Of a stretch of 64,000 nucleotides of DNA, positions 63,626 to 64,000 are shown one piece after another. This DNA is from Okamejei kenojei. Its lineage: Eukaryota. The position numbers and the translations under genes were made by a program. Under the pieces are notes generated by a model. The model did not search any database and had not been told where the DNA came from. It saw only the letters and a list, made by a program, of their open reading frames with translations. The DNA lies in contig CM069174.1 in assembly GCA_035221665.1 (NCBI GenBank), forward strand, positions 9,424,001 to 9,488,000. The letters run 5' to 3'. The number at the start of each line of letters is the position of its first letter. Position 1 is the stretch's first letter.

Positions 63626-64000
63626 ACAATGTCCATTTAGTTCTGCCATAAGATTTATTGTATCAACCTAGCAGGGAAAGGAACGTCTTGTCAAAGAATG
63701 TGCAGCTCCTCCAGTTGATCCATAGGAAGAGTCCCAACCTGAAACAGTGACTGTCCATCTCCCTCTGCAGATGCTGCCTGACCTGCTGAGTTCCTCCAGC
63801 AGATAGTTTGTTGCTGCTTCAGTAATGCCCTGTGGCTTTTTGGGTTCCTGGGATGGGACTTGAACGTGTGACTTTGGTGACTGAAGCAAGGTTGCAATGA
63901 CATTACCTATTAGAAAACTCAAAGCCTTTCCCTGAACATCCAGGCTAACTATATAATTTTTTTCCCCTCAATTGATGTCCTTGGCTATTTTCAAGAATTG

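Overview
Vertebrate genomic DNA, very likely a cartilaginous fish such as a skate or ray, judged from the HE1/V-SINE, CR1, Deu-domain SINE and Penelope-derived repeat content. There is one assembly gap (50701-50861). Genes: the last coding exon of a C1q-like gene, best match C1QL4 (+, 627-806), and a multi-exon tastin/TROAP-like gene (+, ATG 40749 to TAG 60788) behind a CpG island. Its exon phases join cleanly except for one apparent frameshift in the 57700-58142 exon. The ~38 kb between the two genes carries minus-strand exon-like remnants with stops and several RGS-domain-like peptides; I infer a decayed multi-RGS (RGS22/RGSL-like) gene head-to-head with TROAP, with moderate-to-low confidence. 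The most striking signal is a ~130-bp retroelement (3 copies, two with clear TSDs). Its first 54 nt fold into a minimal HDV/CPEB3-like self-cleaving ribozyme whose G1 coincides with the element 5' end, followed by a hairpin and a short (AAG)n-type tail. A second, abundant Penelope-derived family carries minimal hammerhead-like cores and also occurs as a mobile fold-back unit and a 66-bp tandem array. All calls were made by eye without database searches; repeat boundaries are approximate unless a TSD is given.
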